DNA of 64,000 nt. It comes from a bacterium. GTDB lineage: Bacteria > Patescibacteriota > Minisyncoccia > Phycocordibacterales > Phycocordibacteraceae. Location: assembly GCA_037200965.1 (NCBI GenBank), contig JBBCGK010000001.1, forward strand, positions 480,001 through 544,000, in the 5' to 3' direction. Below are positions 40,883 through 50,791 of the stretch, one piece after another. The translations under genes and the position numbers were made by a program. A model generated the notes under the pieces. That model was not told where the DNA came from. It did not search any database and was given only the letters and a program-made list of their open reading frames with translations. How positions within the stretch are numbered: the first letter of the stretch is position 1; every line of letters begins with the position of its first letter.

Positions 40883-41578
40883 TCAGGCAAAGCGCCGCTT
40901 GCGTCCTTCCCCTTTTTGAAGGTTTACATACTTTCGGTATTCGCAGCCGATGCCTTCCCAATTTTCTGCCGAGAGGTGTACCGGCTTTCCGTTGAAACTA
41001 AGAAGCGGCATAGCCTCATGACCTTCCTGCGCAAGCGCCGCGGCCGTCTCCTCCGGCGGCCTATCCGGAGCGAGGCGAAGCATCGTGGGCCTTGACCCGG
41101 GACCTATGGGAAACGGCTTATACAGGTCGACGAGTTCGGGATGCTGGTATGCGATGTCGATCAGCACTTCGGTCCACAGGAACGAGTGATTGAATCCCCA
41201 TGCGGAAAGTATCTCCGGCAGAAGCTCCGCTACGCCGCGGTGTTCGCTCCTCCTCAGGATTTCTGCGCAGTCCCGGATACGGTTCGGCAGATAGGCACAG
41301 AGAAGCTTCTCGCGCGTCGGATACCTGCTGTTAAGAATAGTACTTATCGGAAACACGTACGGAACGCCGTACTTCGGGCGCGGATGCGCGAGCAATCGTT
41401 CATGCACTTCCTCGTTCTCTTTGACATCGAACGAAAGAAGCCCGGTCGAGCGAAGCGTCTCGGGCCGCGCGACAAGGCGCGCGAAGAACAGATTCATAAG
41501 CAAAAGAGAGAAATCCCCGGCAAGCGGGGCGAGCATACGATGATACTCGACGGTCTGCCGGTCGAGTTCGCGGTACAC
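40883..41578 (-). CDS. hypothetical protein (231 aa)
   Basis: ORF with balanced composition and no motif. Confidence 0.4.
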   Translation of the reverse strand: MYRELDRQTVEYHRMLAPLAGDFSLLLMNLFFARLVARPETLRSTGLLSFDVKENEEVHERLLAHPRPKYGVPYVFPISTILNSRYPTREKLLCAYLPNRIRDCAEILRRSEHRGVAELLPEILSAWGFNHSFLWTEVLIDIAYQHPELVDLYKPFPIGPGSRPTMLRLAPDRPPEETAAALAQEGHEAMPLLSFNGKPVHLSAENWEGIGCEYRKYVNLQKGEGRKRRFA

Positions 41579-42072
41579 GTTACAAAAGCGTTACGCCGCA
41601 AGAACCGGATCGTCGAGCTACGTTAAATTCCGTGTTGGTCAAAATACGCAAAAAAGCTTGAGGTATCGAGCCCTTTTGCCTGTTTTGAACGCGAATATAC
41701 AAACACTTGTTTAATTGGCGGGAAAAACGTATTTTTCAAGAACCTCTCCGGGAGCAACGGACCTGTTCCGGCTCGTATGTACGGGCTGGAATTTTCGCAT
41801 TTAAAGGAATACCGCTTTCTCCGGTACGGAAAGATACCAACACGAATGGTTACTTAACTCCGGATCGTCCGTGTACGGCGCGGCAAGACCGCGCGATTTC
41901 TTGTCCCAAATACGCATGCGCTCTCCCGCAAATGCGATGACGGGATCAAGAAGCGCCCGCGAAATGGAATCGTGCGAAACGGCTGGTTCAGGCCGCTTCG
42001 CATGATTCTCCCAATGCTTATACAAACCCTTGAGTTCTTCTGGAATTTCGTAGAGCTCCATGAGCTCCTGCC

Positions 42073-42753
42073 CTATGGCTTCGATACCTGGAGCGTCGAG
42101 AGCATCTTGAGGAGCGCGGCATGCGCCGGAAGCTCCGAGACTACAAGCTTCGGGTCGGACCAGTCAAGCACCTCCTTATCAAGAGCCTCGAACCGGAGCA
42201 CGTCGGTTGCGCGCGGGAGATAGTAGAGGGTGTGCACGTACGCTTCGAAACGCTCGACCGTAACCGAATAAAACGTTTTCCCGCCTACGACGACCGGCTT
42301 GAATTCCTTCATCGACTCCGCCATGTTCCCGGAAGATTCGTATTGCGTGTTCGCGATCATCACATCCTCCGCGCTTTTCCCTTCCGGAACCGGATATTCC
42401 CGGATCACGATCGTCTCCGTGCTTGAGGCGACGAACGCGGCGCGAAGCGTCGGCTCCGCCCCGATCGCGTTCTCGTCCGCCGCAAAGCCCGCGGGAAGCG
42501 CGTACGCGATTCCCTCCTCGCCCATCTCAATATTCGGAAACGCGCAGGGGGCGAAGACGCACCCGGGACCCGAGCGCCCCACCGCCGTGCCATCGGGACA
42601 TATCTTCGCCTCAAGCGTACAGGCGGTCGCGCCGGGCGCCATAGGCTCTCCGCGATGCTCGACCGCGTTCCTGTAAAGGAATCCGGCGACGCCGATAAGG
42701 ACGAGGAGCGCGACGCACGCGAGAAGCTGTTTCATATCCTTCCAGTCTATCAT
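42073..42753 (-). CDS. secreted hypothetical protein (signal peptide, Cys-containing)
   Basis: MKQLLACVALLVLIGVAGF signal-like N-terminus. Confidence 0.45.
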   Translation of the reverse strand: MIDWKDMKQLLACVALLVLIGVAGFLYRNAVEHRGEPMAPGATACTLEAKICPDGTAVGRSGPGCVFAPCAFPNIEMGEEGIAYALPAGFAADENAIGAEPTLRAAFVASSTETIVIREYPVPEGKSAEDVMIANTQYESSGNMAESMKEFKPVVVGGKTFYSVTVERFEAYVHTLYYLPRATDVLRFEALDKEVLDWSDPKLVVSELPAHAALLKMLSTLQVSKP

Positions 42754-43175
42754 TTCGGCCGTTTGAGCTCGTCCCGTATCTCCCGCAGCAGGATTACCTG
42801 CTCGCTCTCAACCGGCTTCGCAGCCTGTTCCTCCTGCTTCTTCTTATACGTCAGGCGGTTCAGGAGCTTCACGACCAGGAAGAGCGCGAACGCGATCAGT
42901 ATGAAATTGAGCACGGCTTGCAGGAAGAGCCCGTACTGTATCTCGGCACTTCCGCCAAGCGGAAAAGAAAGCTTCGAGAAGTCGAAACCGCCGAGCAAGA
43001 GGCCGACGGGAGGCGTAAGGATGTTCGTCGCAAGCGTGGTCGTGATCTGGTTGAACGCCGCACCGATCACGACGCCAACCGCGAGATCAAGGGCGTTCCC
43101 CCGCACGGCAAAGGTTTCAAATTCCTTGAAGAAGGATTTCATGCGGGTAGTATATTCTTTCGTGAGGCCAAACAA
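42750..43175 (-). CDS. mscL: large-conductance mechanosensitive channel MscL
   Basis: FKEFETFAVRGNALDLAVGVVIGAAFNQI… canonical MscL N-terminus. Confidence 0.85.
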   Translation of the reverse strand: MFGLTKEYTTRMKSFFKEFETFAVRGNALDLAVGVVIGAAFNQITTTLATNILTPPVGLLLGGFDFSKLSFPLGGSAEIQYGLFLQAVLNFILIAFALFLVVKLLNRLTYKKKQEEQAAKPVESEQVILLREIRDELKRPK

Positions 43176-43221
43176 AAGCGGGGCCGCGGCGGCGTGTTAT
43201 TCCAAAGTGAGCCAGCGTTTA

Positions 43222-43851
43222 CTAGCTAAGCATTTTTTCCTGCCCATTGTCTATAATCAGAACTTCCCCGTCTCTCATAACCATCGATTCATAAGGGAGA
43301 TGTTTCATCCTTTCTAGAGCCTCTTTCTGTAAAGGAAGGTACTTCTCCATATCCCAGTGCGGCCATATAAAATAGGGTATAAGACCGAGGCCTTCCCACA
43401 CTATCTCCGGTGCTTTGCCCGGATCATCCATAAGCTCAATAAGACGCAGCGAAGGCCCGGCCACGACTGCTCCGGCACTCCAACCTCCATAGGCAATACC
43501 TTCTGCAAGAAGGGTCCTGATGATTTCGTCGAAGCCACTTGTCTTCATGGCATATCGTAATGAGAAAGAGTTTCCTCCGGCGCACCAGATAAGATTACAT
43601 GTTCTTAGTTTCGTAATCAGCTCTGCAGTTTTGCCTGTATACTCGCGTAAGTCGATGTTCACCGGCTCGAAATCCAATGAACTAAAAGTATCGTTCAGGG
43701 CACCAATCCGTTCCATTGCGAGGTCTTCAGGGTATGGATCCTGTGCATTATTAATAAGAGCAACCTTCGCCACTTCGCCAGGAGATACCGCAAGAAGTTC
43801 TCGGAGCTGGTCAGATCTTGGAACTCCTTCGGAGGACAGAAATAGTTTCAT
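43222..43851 (-). CDS. peptidase S51 (dipeptidase E-like) family protein
   Basis: …IWCAGGNSFSL… and …GWSAGAVVAG… (S51 nucleophile region). Confidence 0.55.
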   Translation of the reverse strand: MKLFLSSEGVPRSDQLRELLAVSPGEVAKVALINNAQDPYPEDLAMERIGALNDTFSSLDFEPVNIDLREYTGKTAELITKLRTCNLIWCAGGNSFSLRYAMKTSGFDEIIRTLLAEGIAYGGWSAGAVVAGPSLRLIELMDDPGKAPEIVWEGLGLIPYFIWPHWDMEKYLPLQKEALERMKHLPYESMVMRDGEVLIIDNGQEKMLS

Positions 43852-43854
43852 ATC

Positions 43855-44955
43855 TTAACCGCATTCCTCCACAAACTTCTCAAGTACTTGTTGGAAAAGC
43901 GCGAGACTTTTTAGATCAACCCATTCGTCCGGCCCATGCGCTCCGTTACCTTCTGGTCTTGTCACGACGACTGGAATGCCCGTGTGTGCGAAAAATCGCG
44001 CATCACAGGTTGACGGATATACGCTCGTTTTTACTGATCGCCCCGTCTTCTCTTCGATTATCTTTAAAAGTTTCTGCGGTAGCGGGTGCGCAAGATTTGC
44101 CTGGTACGGCTCAATACTTCTTTTGATAATCACCTCGGACACGCCTTCAAGGCCCTCGGCGGTCTTCTTGAGCTCGTCAAAATCGAAATGCTCGGTGAAA
44201 CGAAGATTAAAGCTTGCAAACGCATGGTCTGGGATGACGTTCGAACTGGTGTTCTTTGTGCTGATCGATATCGGGACGAGCGTAGTCTCGTGCGTTTCTT
44301 TCTCCTGCATTCCAGGGTACTTCTTTTCCAGAGCGACGAGCAGCTTCGCCATAAGTTGTATGGCATTCTTGCCTTCCCATGGCCGCGATACGTGCCCGGC
44401 TTTAGTGTTTATCGTTACATCGAGCCATCCCACCCCCTTGCCGCCTTCCGCGACTTCAAACGCGTTGCCGCCATCGGGAACGATGGCGATCTCGGGCTTC
44501 AGAGGATGCTCGACCAGGATACGGCCTACGCCGTCTTTCCCGCCAACTTCCTCATCACTTGTTATGAGCACGCCGACGCTCGGCACAGAACCATCTGTAC
44601 GCGCGGTTTTCATAGCTTTTTGGAAAACAAGGAGAGAAGCGATGAGCGGACCTTTCATGTCGAAGGAGCCGCGACCGTACAAACGGCCGTTCGCTATTCG
44701 CGGCGCGAACTGTGGCTCCTCAGCCGGAACCACATCTATGTGGCCGACAAAAAGAATTCTCGGATTTGGTATTCCGCTTGGAGTTAAGAGGAGACTGGGC
44801 GCAGATGGATGTGGAAAACGCGTTACAGAAACGCTACTACCGAATTCCTTCTCGATCGAACCGATACACGCCTCGATTTCCTTTGCTTCCGTCTTTATGG
44901 TCTTGAACTTTAGCAAGCTGAGAGCGAGCTTTTCGAGTGCTGCAATCTCTTCCAT
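43855..44955 (-). CDS. M20-family metallopeptidase (ArgE/DapE-like)
   Basis: …FVGHIDVVPA…GRGSFDMKG… metal-binding motifs; 366 aa. Confidence 0.7.
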   Translation of the reverse strand: MEEIAALEKLALSLLKFKTIKTEAKEIEACIGSIEKEFGSSVSVTRFPHPSAPSLLLTPSGIPNPRILFVGHIDVVPAEEPQFAPRIANGRLYGRGSFDMKGPLIASLLVFQKAMKTARTDGSVPSVGVLITSDEEVGGKDGVGRILVEHPLKPEIAIVPDGGNAFEVAEGGKGVGWLDVTINTKAGHVSRPWEGKNAIQLMAKLLVALEKKYPGMQEKETHETTLVPISISTKNTSSNVIPDHAFASFNLRFTEHFDFDELKKTAEGLEGVSEVIIKRSIEPYQANLAHPLPQKLLKIIEEKTGRSVKTSVYPSTCDARFFAHTGIPVVVTRPEGNGAHGPDEWVDLKSLALFQQVLEKFVEECG

Positions 44956-45026
44956 GTGCGCTCAGTATAGCCTGCTGCATAGGTAAAAAGAAAAGCCGCC
45001 TCCAACGGCTCCCCGTTGTGGCGGTC

Positions 45027-45413
45027 TTAAACCGCGATTGTTGGTGTACCCCAGATCTTGTCGAGCACCCATTCGGGCAGATATGCGGAGCGATTGAACG
45101 TCTTCGCCACCCAAGCGATGGCTTCGTAGCAACTGCCATCGACCTCGTCATGGCCATATCGGTACGCCACCTCAAATTGAGACGACTTGCAGTTCCGCCA
45201 TTCGCAACGATATCTGTCGCTGATATTGTGGTCTGAGAAACGAACTCGCATCACTTGGCTGCCGGGCTGCTCTTCATCCCAAATCTCCACGTATTCTGAC
45301 TCGGAAATCCGGGAAACATCCCATGCGGCAACGAGTCCGATGGTCTCACAAACGCTGAGCACTATCTTGGCGCGTTTGCATAGGTGCTCGGGACGTAGTC
45401 TCTCGAAGTACAT
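45027..45413 (-). CDS. hypothetical protein (128 aa)
   Basis: ORF with no motif. Confidence 0.4.
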   Translation of the reverse strand: MYFERLRPEHLCKRAKIVLSVCETIGLVAAWDVSRISESEYVEIWDEEQPGSQVMRVRFSDHNISDRYRCEWRNCKSSQFEVAYRYGHDEVDGSCYEAIAWVAKTFNRSAYLPEWVLDKIWGTPTIAV

Positions 45414-45479
45414 TCGCGCCTCCTTTCAAGTCTGCGCAGCACGAACTACCCTACCATACGTATACACTGATGTCAATCA

Positions 45480-46523
45480 ATGCGTAAGCTACTCTCAACC
45501 TCTAACTGCCCGCATATGATACCACGTATGTATACCCACCTAACGTTCGAGGAACGAGAATGCATTGGTCTTATGCGTGCAGCCTACTTCTGGCCAGTCG
45601 AAATCGCACGCGAGCTCAATCGCGATCCTAAAACCATCAGACGAGAGCTCAGACGCTCGAAACCGTTGTTTGAAGGATACCGACCAAGCCGGGCACACAA
45701 AGATGCACGAAAGAAAAAGAAAATCCCGAGACGCGGGAAGAAGCTCAACTACGCGCCTCTTCAGCGTGTCGTGTATGCAAAGCTCCGGCTTCGCTGGAGC
45801 CCGGAGCAGATTGCGCAGTACTTGAAACAGCACTACGCTACAGATACTCGTATGCAAGTCTCCCACGAATCCATCTACACCTATATCTATGTGCTCCCGC
45901 GCGGGAGCCTCCGCAAGGAGCTTACGTCGTACCTGCGCCAGGGCGCCGAAGGGCGCAGGCGCAGGTATCGGGTGCACGACAGGCGAGGAAAGATACCCAA
46001 TATGGTGAGTATTCACGAGCGCCCCAAAGAAACGGAAGACCGCTCAGTACCTGGACACTGGGAGAGCGACCTCATTATCGGCAAAGGACATCAATCAGCC
46101 ATTGCGACCTTGGTGGAACGCACCACGCGCATGACCATTCTGGTGCCGCTCAGAGAAAAGACCGCTCCTGCGGTGCGCATGGCACTTACGAAAACCGTGA
46201 AGAGCTTGCCCCGCGAAGCCTTCCGATCAATCACCCATGATCGCGGCAGCGAGATGGCTGAGCACGAACTCTTCACCAAAGAGACCAGGGTGCAGGTGTA
46301 TTTCGCTGATCCACAAAGCCCGTGGCAGCGTGGTACAAACGAAAATACCAATGGCCTTATTCGTCAGTATTTCCCCAAGGGAACGGACTTCCGGCGGGTG
46401 CCAACTAAGTATTTGAAGCAAGCGCAGAAGCAGCTCAATACTCGGCCCAGAAAAGCTATCGGCTTCAAAACACCTGAAGAAGCATTTGCGCTATTATTAA
46501 AGAAGCGGGCATTTAGAGTTTGA
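45480..46523 (+). CDS. IS30-family transposase
   Basis: …HWESDLIIG… and …NENTNGLIRQYFPKGTDF… IS30 DDE signatures. Confidence 0.8.
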   Translation: MRKLLSTSNCPHMIPRMYTHLTFEERECIGLMRAAYFWPVEIARELNRDPKTIRRELRRSKPLFEGYRPSRAHKDARKKKKIPRRGKKLNYAPLQRVVYAKLRLRWSPEQIAQYLKQHYATDTRMQVSHESIYTYIYVLPRGSLRKELTSYLRQGAEGRRRRYRVHDRRGKIPNMVSIHERPKETEDRSVPGHWESDLIIGKGHQSAIATLVERTTRMTILVPLREKTAPAVRMALTKTVKSLPREAFRSITHDRGSEMAEHELFTKETRVQVYFADPQSPWQRGTNENTNGLIRQYFPKGTDFRRVPTKYLKQAQKQLNTRPRKAIGFKTPEEAFALLLKKRAFRV

Positions 46524-46532
46524 ATTCAAGTA

Positions 46533-47450
46533 ATGGTTCAATACCTTGGCACCACTAAGCCAAGTCGCATGCCATACACCACCAACCCCCGTATGCCCCG
46601 CATCCGCCGCGAAGCGGCGGATCTCTTCCGCCAAGGCTGGAGCGCGCGCAAGATCGGGCGGCATCTCGGGTACCATCACACCGCCGTCATGAAATGGGTG
46701 CGAAGGGCCGAACGCATCGGATACCACCCGATACCGACGCGCTCGTCGCGTCCGAAGCGCCATCCCCGGCAGCTCTCAGACGAACTCCGCTGGAAGATCT
46801 TCCATACCCGGCTCAAGTCGAAGCGAAGCGCGGAAGTCATTCAGCGCATACTGGAGGAGGAAGGGGTGGTGATTTCACTCTCCACCATCAAGCGAACGCT
46901 TGACCGCATGGGCCTCCTCAAGAAGAGGAGCCCGTACAAGCGATACCACCCACAGGTCGACCGCCCCCTGCCGGAGAAACCCGGTTCCCTCGTCCAGATC
47001 GACACCATTCACACCATGCTCGATTTGAAGAAGCGGATGTATACCTTCACCCTCATCGACGTGCATTCCCGCACCGCGTACGCGAAGACCTATGCGCGCA
47101 TGGATGCCGCGACCGCCGTGCGCTTCGTCGAGGAGGCGCAGCGGAGAGCGTCCTTCCGCTTCGAAATGCTCCAGAGCGACCATGGTCCCGAGTTCGGGGC
47201 GTGGTTCGTCGAGCGCATCCGGAGGAAGCACCGGTATTCCCGCATCGGGAAACCCAACGACAATGCGCATATCGAGCGATTCAACCGCACGCTTCAGGAG
47301 GAGTGCCTCGACCATGCGCGCAGAAGTCCGGAAGCGTTCAATGCGGCTCTGAAGAAATACATCCCCTGGTACAACCGGGAGCGGCACCATTTCGGCCTGA
47401 ATCTCCTGACCCCGGCACAAGTACTCAAGGAGGTGGTGCCAAGGTGTTGA
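46533..47450 (+). CDS. IS481-family transposase (second, non-identical copy), 10 bp after the IS30 transposase gene
   Basis: HTH then rve core …LQSDHGPEFGAWF…NDNAHIERFNRTLQEE…. Confidence 0.75.
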   Translation: MVQYLGTTKPSRMPYTTNPRMPRIRREAADLFRQGWSARKIGRHLGYHHTAVMKWVRRAERIGYHPIPTRSSRPKRHPRQLSDELRWKIFHTRLKSKRSAEVIQRILEEEGVVISLSTIKRTLDRMGLLKKRSPYKRYHPQVDRPLPEKPGSLVQIDTIHTMLDLKKRMYTFTLIDVHSRTAYAKTYARMDAATAVRFVEEAQRRASFRFEMLQSDHGPEFGAWFVERIRRKHRYSRIGKPNDNAHIERFNRTLQEECLDHARRSPEAFNAALKKYIPWYNRERHHFGLNLLTPAQVLKEVVPRC

Positions 47451-47460
47451 TTAGAAGACG

Positions 47461-48645
47461 TCAATGCGGATGGAGGGAGGTTTGTGCAGGCCTTTCTTTC
47501 GGAGCGATGAGATACACCGCTATCAGCGTCGTGATCGGCACCGCAAGCACGAGGCCGATCGAGCCGATGAGGATGCGCACGATCTCGCTCGCAAATACTT
47601 CCCCGTTGAGGATATAACCTACCGACGCCTCCGCGTTCCGGAACAAGAGGAGGAGCGGGAGCGCCGCTCCCACGTACGCGATCGCGAGCGTATTCACCAG
47701 GGCCCCGATATGCTCGCGCCCGATGCGGATCGCCTTGCGGTATAGTTCGCGCTTCGTGAGATGGCGGCCCGCGCTCATGAGTTCCTCGACCGAAACCGCC
47801 TGCCCTATCGCAATATCGTAGAGGACGCCGAGAAGCCCGACCAGGATGCCGCCAAGAAGCACTCCCACGAGATCGATGGTGCCGTTGAACTGGAAATGGA
47901 GATAGGTGCTGTCTTCGCTGTTGTATCCCGAAAGCTGCGCCGCGTGTACGACATACGAGGCCGCGAGGCCCGTAATGATAACGGTCGCCACCATCCCGAG
48001 GACCGCCGCGGTCGTGGTACGGTTCCATCCGTGCGTTATGTACGAACCGACGATGATGATAAGGGAAGCGACGCCTATGGCGACAAGGACGGGAGAATAC
48101 CCCGCGATGATGCCGGGCAGGAGAAGATAGAAAATGAGCGCGAGGCTTCCCGCAAGGCTCAGGAGCCCCCGCACGCCCTGTATCCCGCCGAAGGCGAACA
48201 CGAGAAGGAGAAATATCGCGGCGAGCGCGAGAAGAATATCGAGCCGGTACGGATCGGCTACCGAATAAAAGTCGCTGCCTTCCGAGGTATGCGTATGCCG
48301 GAGATAGAAGACGTCGCCAACGGAAAGCTGCGCGAAGTCGTTGTCGAACGTATATACCGCGCCCTCATCGGGACCGCCGAGCACTGTCGCCGAGAGCGTT
48401 TGCACGTGCGACGGTGCGCTCGTGCCGGGCGGGGTGATAACGCGGGGATTCGAGATTTCGAGCACCACCGCTTTTTCGAGGACTTCGGTATCCGGCTGCG
48501 GGGTTTGTGCTCGCGTAAGAATCGGTATTGTGACTACACTAAACAGCAATAGTGCCCCACAGAACCAATATATGTTTCGCATAACCTGACTTTCGCGTGA
48601 TTCCATTTTTTTATTAAAAGCAGCTAGGAACCCTCGTGCGGCCAC
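47461..48645 (-). CDS. YibE/F-like polytopic membrane protein
   Basis: N-terminal extracytoplasmic segment followed by many TM helices in YibE/F-like organisation. Confidence 0.45.
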   Translation of the reverse strand: MAARGFLAAFNKKMESRESQVMRNIYWFCGALLLFSVVTIPILTRAQTPQPDTEVLEKAVVLEISNPRVITPPGTSAPSHVQTLSATVLGGPDEGAVYTFDNDFAQLSVGDVFYLRHTHTSEGSDFYSVADPYRLDILLALAAIFLLLVFAFGGIQGVRGLLSLAGSLALIFYLLLPGIIAGYSPVLVAIGVASLIIIVGSYITHGWNRTTTAAVLGMVATVIITGLAASYVVHAAQLSGYNSEDSTYLHFQFNGTIDLVGVLLGGILVGLLGVLYDIAIGQAVSVEELMSAGRHLTKRELYRKAIRIGREHIGALVNTLAIAYVGAALPLLLLFRNAEASVGYILNGEVFASEIVRILIGSIGLVLAVPITTLIAVYLIAPKERPAQTSLHPH

Positions 48646-49508
48646 TGCCCTCGCGCAACCATATTAACTGAGGTGATATGGGATTGTGAGCATAAAATGC
48701 CAACGATTGCCTCCGCAACGGCAATAGGCGGCATGGCCGGAAGACCGGACTGAGAATAATCATAACCGTAACTTTTACCCATCATCGAAACAGTGTCTTG
48801 TACGACTTTCGAGTCGTACATTCCGGTATCGACGATTCCCGGACGGATATCGGTGATAAAGACTTTCTCCTTATCGAGTTCAATCATCGCCGCATTGGCG
48901 AAGCGGCTGATAGCTCCCTTGGCAGCCATATGCATACTCCCCGAAATGACCGAGCGGACGGCACTCATAGAAGAAACGATGCAGACGCGGGTTTCTTCCT
49001 GCTTTCTGAAACGCGGCAGAAGAAGGCGCATGAGAGTTACCGTTGCTTTCAATACCGAAAGCTCCGCCTCTACCAGTTCATCCGAGAGGTTACCGATAGC
49101 AAGATAGGGGTTGTCGTCCTTCAACTTGACTGTACCGGCTCCGAGTCCAACCGATTGCACCCAATACAGCGGCAAATCGTTAGGGATAGAATCGGCCAGA
49201 GTTTGAAGCGATCGCAGGTCGTTTAGATCAACCGAAGAATATTCCACTGACGCTCCGGGAACTTCTTGCTCAATCCATTCTTTAACTATTTTAAGATTGT
49301 TCTCCGTGCGGGCGATCATATGCACAACCGCTCCGGCTCTGACGCACTCAAGTGCGGCAGCCGCGCCGATATTCCCTTTATACTCTTGGCCGTCTGCCCA
49401 GATCGGCGTATGAGTCGGTTTGCCGGTAACGATATCTGTAAACACGGTCGCGAGCGGCTTAATACCTACGCCAGTTATCAGAACACGCTTCCCTCCTAAG
49501 CGATTCAT
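48624..49508 (-). CDS. SDR-like Rossmann-fold oxidoreductase
   Basis: N-terminal GKRVLITGVGIKPLA (dinucleotide-binding-like); 294 aa. Confidence 0.45.
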   Translation of the reverse strand: MNRLGGKRVLITGVGIKPLATVFTDIVTGKPTHTPIWADGQEYKGNIGAAAALECVRAGAVVHMIARTENNLKIVKEWIEQEVPGASVEYSSVDLNDLRSLQTLADSIPNDLPLYWVQSVGLGAGTVKLKDDNPYLAIGNLSDELVEAELSVLKATVTLMRLLLPRFRKQEETRVCIVSSMSAVRSVISGSMHMAAKGAISRFANAAMIELDKEKVFITDIRPGIVDTGMYDSKVVQDTVSMMGKSYGYDYSQSGLPAMPPIAVAEAIVGILCSQSHITSVNMVARGQWPHEGS

Positions 49509-49577
49509 AAGAAAAGTATAGCCCGATTCTTGCCAGACGGCAGGCTGAGGCGGCTACCCTGCCGCCTCACGGAAGGC

Positions 49578-50324
49578 CTACACGCCCGCGAAGTGAATCG
49601 CCGCGAACATCACGAGCATCCCGAGCACCGTCATGAAACTCGTGAAGAGGCGCGGATGGCGGTGATGGCTTTCGGGAAGAAGCTCGCTCGCGCCGATATA
49701 GAGGAAGAAGCCCGAGAAAAGAGCGAGGATAAGCGCCAGGTACTGCTCCGGGACGCTAAAGAAGAGCGTCGAGCCGATACCCAGAAGAGGCGCGAGCGCG
49801 TCGGCGGTAAGCCAGCGACGGGCGATGTGATGCTTCCCCGTTCCCACCATGCTCAGGTTCACCGTATTAACGCCGTCGGAGAAGTCGTGGACGAGAACTG
49901 CAACCGCGACGATGGCGCCAAGTGCCGCGGATACCTGAAACGCAAGCCCGATCGCAACGCCGTCGAGGAAGCTATGCACTGTGAGACTCCCTGCGCCAAG
50001 GTGCCCCCGATGCCCGTGTCCGCCGTGCCCCTCCTCTTCCTTCACGCCGATCATAAAGATCCGGTCGAGGATCATAAAGGCCGCAAAGCCGAATACCGCA
50101 ACCGCAGTGATGGCACCGGTTTCGTAATACTGCCCGCCGAGCTCGAGGGCCTCAGGCAGAAGGTCGATGAGCGCGACCGCGATCACTGCCCCGGCGCTGA
50201 AACCGAGGATGAGATGTATTTTGTTTTGGAACCTGAGCGCGAGTGAGCCGCCGATGTAGGTAGCGAGCCCTGCTGCGATGCCGATGATGAGTAGGGTCAT
50301 AAAAAGAGGTAAGGTTAAGCGCAC
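49578..50324 (-). CDS. ZIP-family zinc/metal transporter (ZupT-like)
   Basis: Multiple TM helices plus a His-rich loop (HGGHGHRGH) and the HDFSDGV motif. Confidence 0.7.
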   Translation of the reverse strand: MRLTLPLFMTLLIIGIAAGLATYIGGSLALRFQNKIHLILGFSAGAVIAVALIDLLPEALELGGQYYETGAITAVAVFGFAAFMILDRIFMIGVKEEEGHGGHGHRGHLGAGSLTVHSFLDGVAIGLAFQVSAALGAIVAVAVLVHDFSDGVNTVNLSMVGTGKHHIARRWLTADALAPLLGIGSTLFFSVPEQYLALILALFSGFFLYIGASELLPESHHRHPRLFTSFMTVLGMLVMFAAIHFAGV

Positions 50325-50767
50325 GCGTTACAGGTCCCGAAAAGCTCGAACGCGTGGTCAGAGAGGCGCGCGAAGCCTTTGGCGCTCCTTGGCACCTTTC
50401 CTTCCACACCCGGCACGGGGCACGGGATCGCCTCAAGCACTCCGCATCCTTCGCAGACGAGATGGTGGTGATGCTCTCCGCTTCGGGCGAGCTCGTAGTC
50501 CTGATGCCCGTGCCGCAGATCCGCAAGCCGGATAAGACCGGCGGTGCGAAGCGCTTCGAGCGCGCGGTATATCGTCACCGTGTCCATTTGTTCCTTCGCC
50601 CCGAGCTTTTTTCGAAGCGCCGGAATACCGAGCGGCTCCTTCGCCGCACCGAGCGCTTTCAAAAGCGCCAATCTTCCTGGTGTTGCTTTAAGGTTCGCAC
50701 TTCGGAGCATTTCCGCGTATTCGTTCTCTTGTTTCTTTTGCACAAAACCAGCGTATAGCAAACGCAA
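50315..50767 (-). CDS. Fur-family regulator, probably Zur
   Basis: …ATPGRLALLKAL… DNA-binding helix and HHHHLVCEGCG metal site; overlaps the downstream ZIP gene by 10 nt. Confidence 0.75.
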   Translation of the reverse strand: MRLLYAGFVQKKQENEYAEMLRSANLKATPGRLALLKALGAAKEPLGIPALRKKLGAKEQMDTVTIYRALEALRTAGLIRLADLRHGHQDYELARSGEHHHHLVCEGCGVLEAIPCPVPGVEGKVPRSAKGFARLSDHAFELFGTCNACA

Positions 50768-50780
50768 GTATATTGCAAGT
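50764..50780. promoter_or_regulatory. candidate Fur/Zur operator: imperfect palindrome GCAAGTATATTGCAAGT just upstream of the zur-zip operon
   Basis: AT-rich partial dyad seen by eye immediately 5' of the regulator gene; not compared with a Zur-box matrix. Confidence 0.25.
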
Positions 50781-50791
50781 ACAAACTCAGA

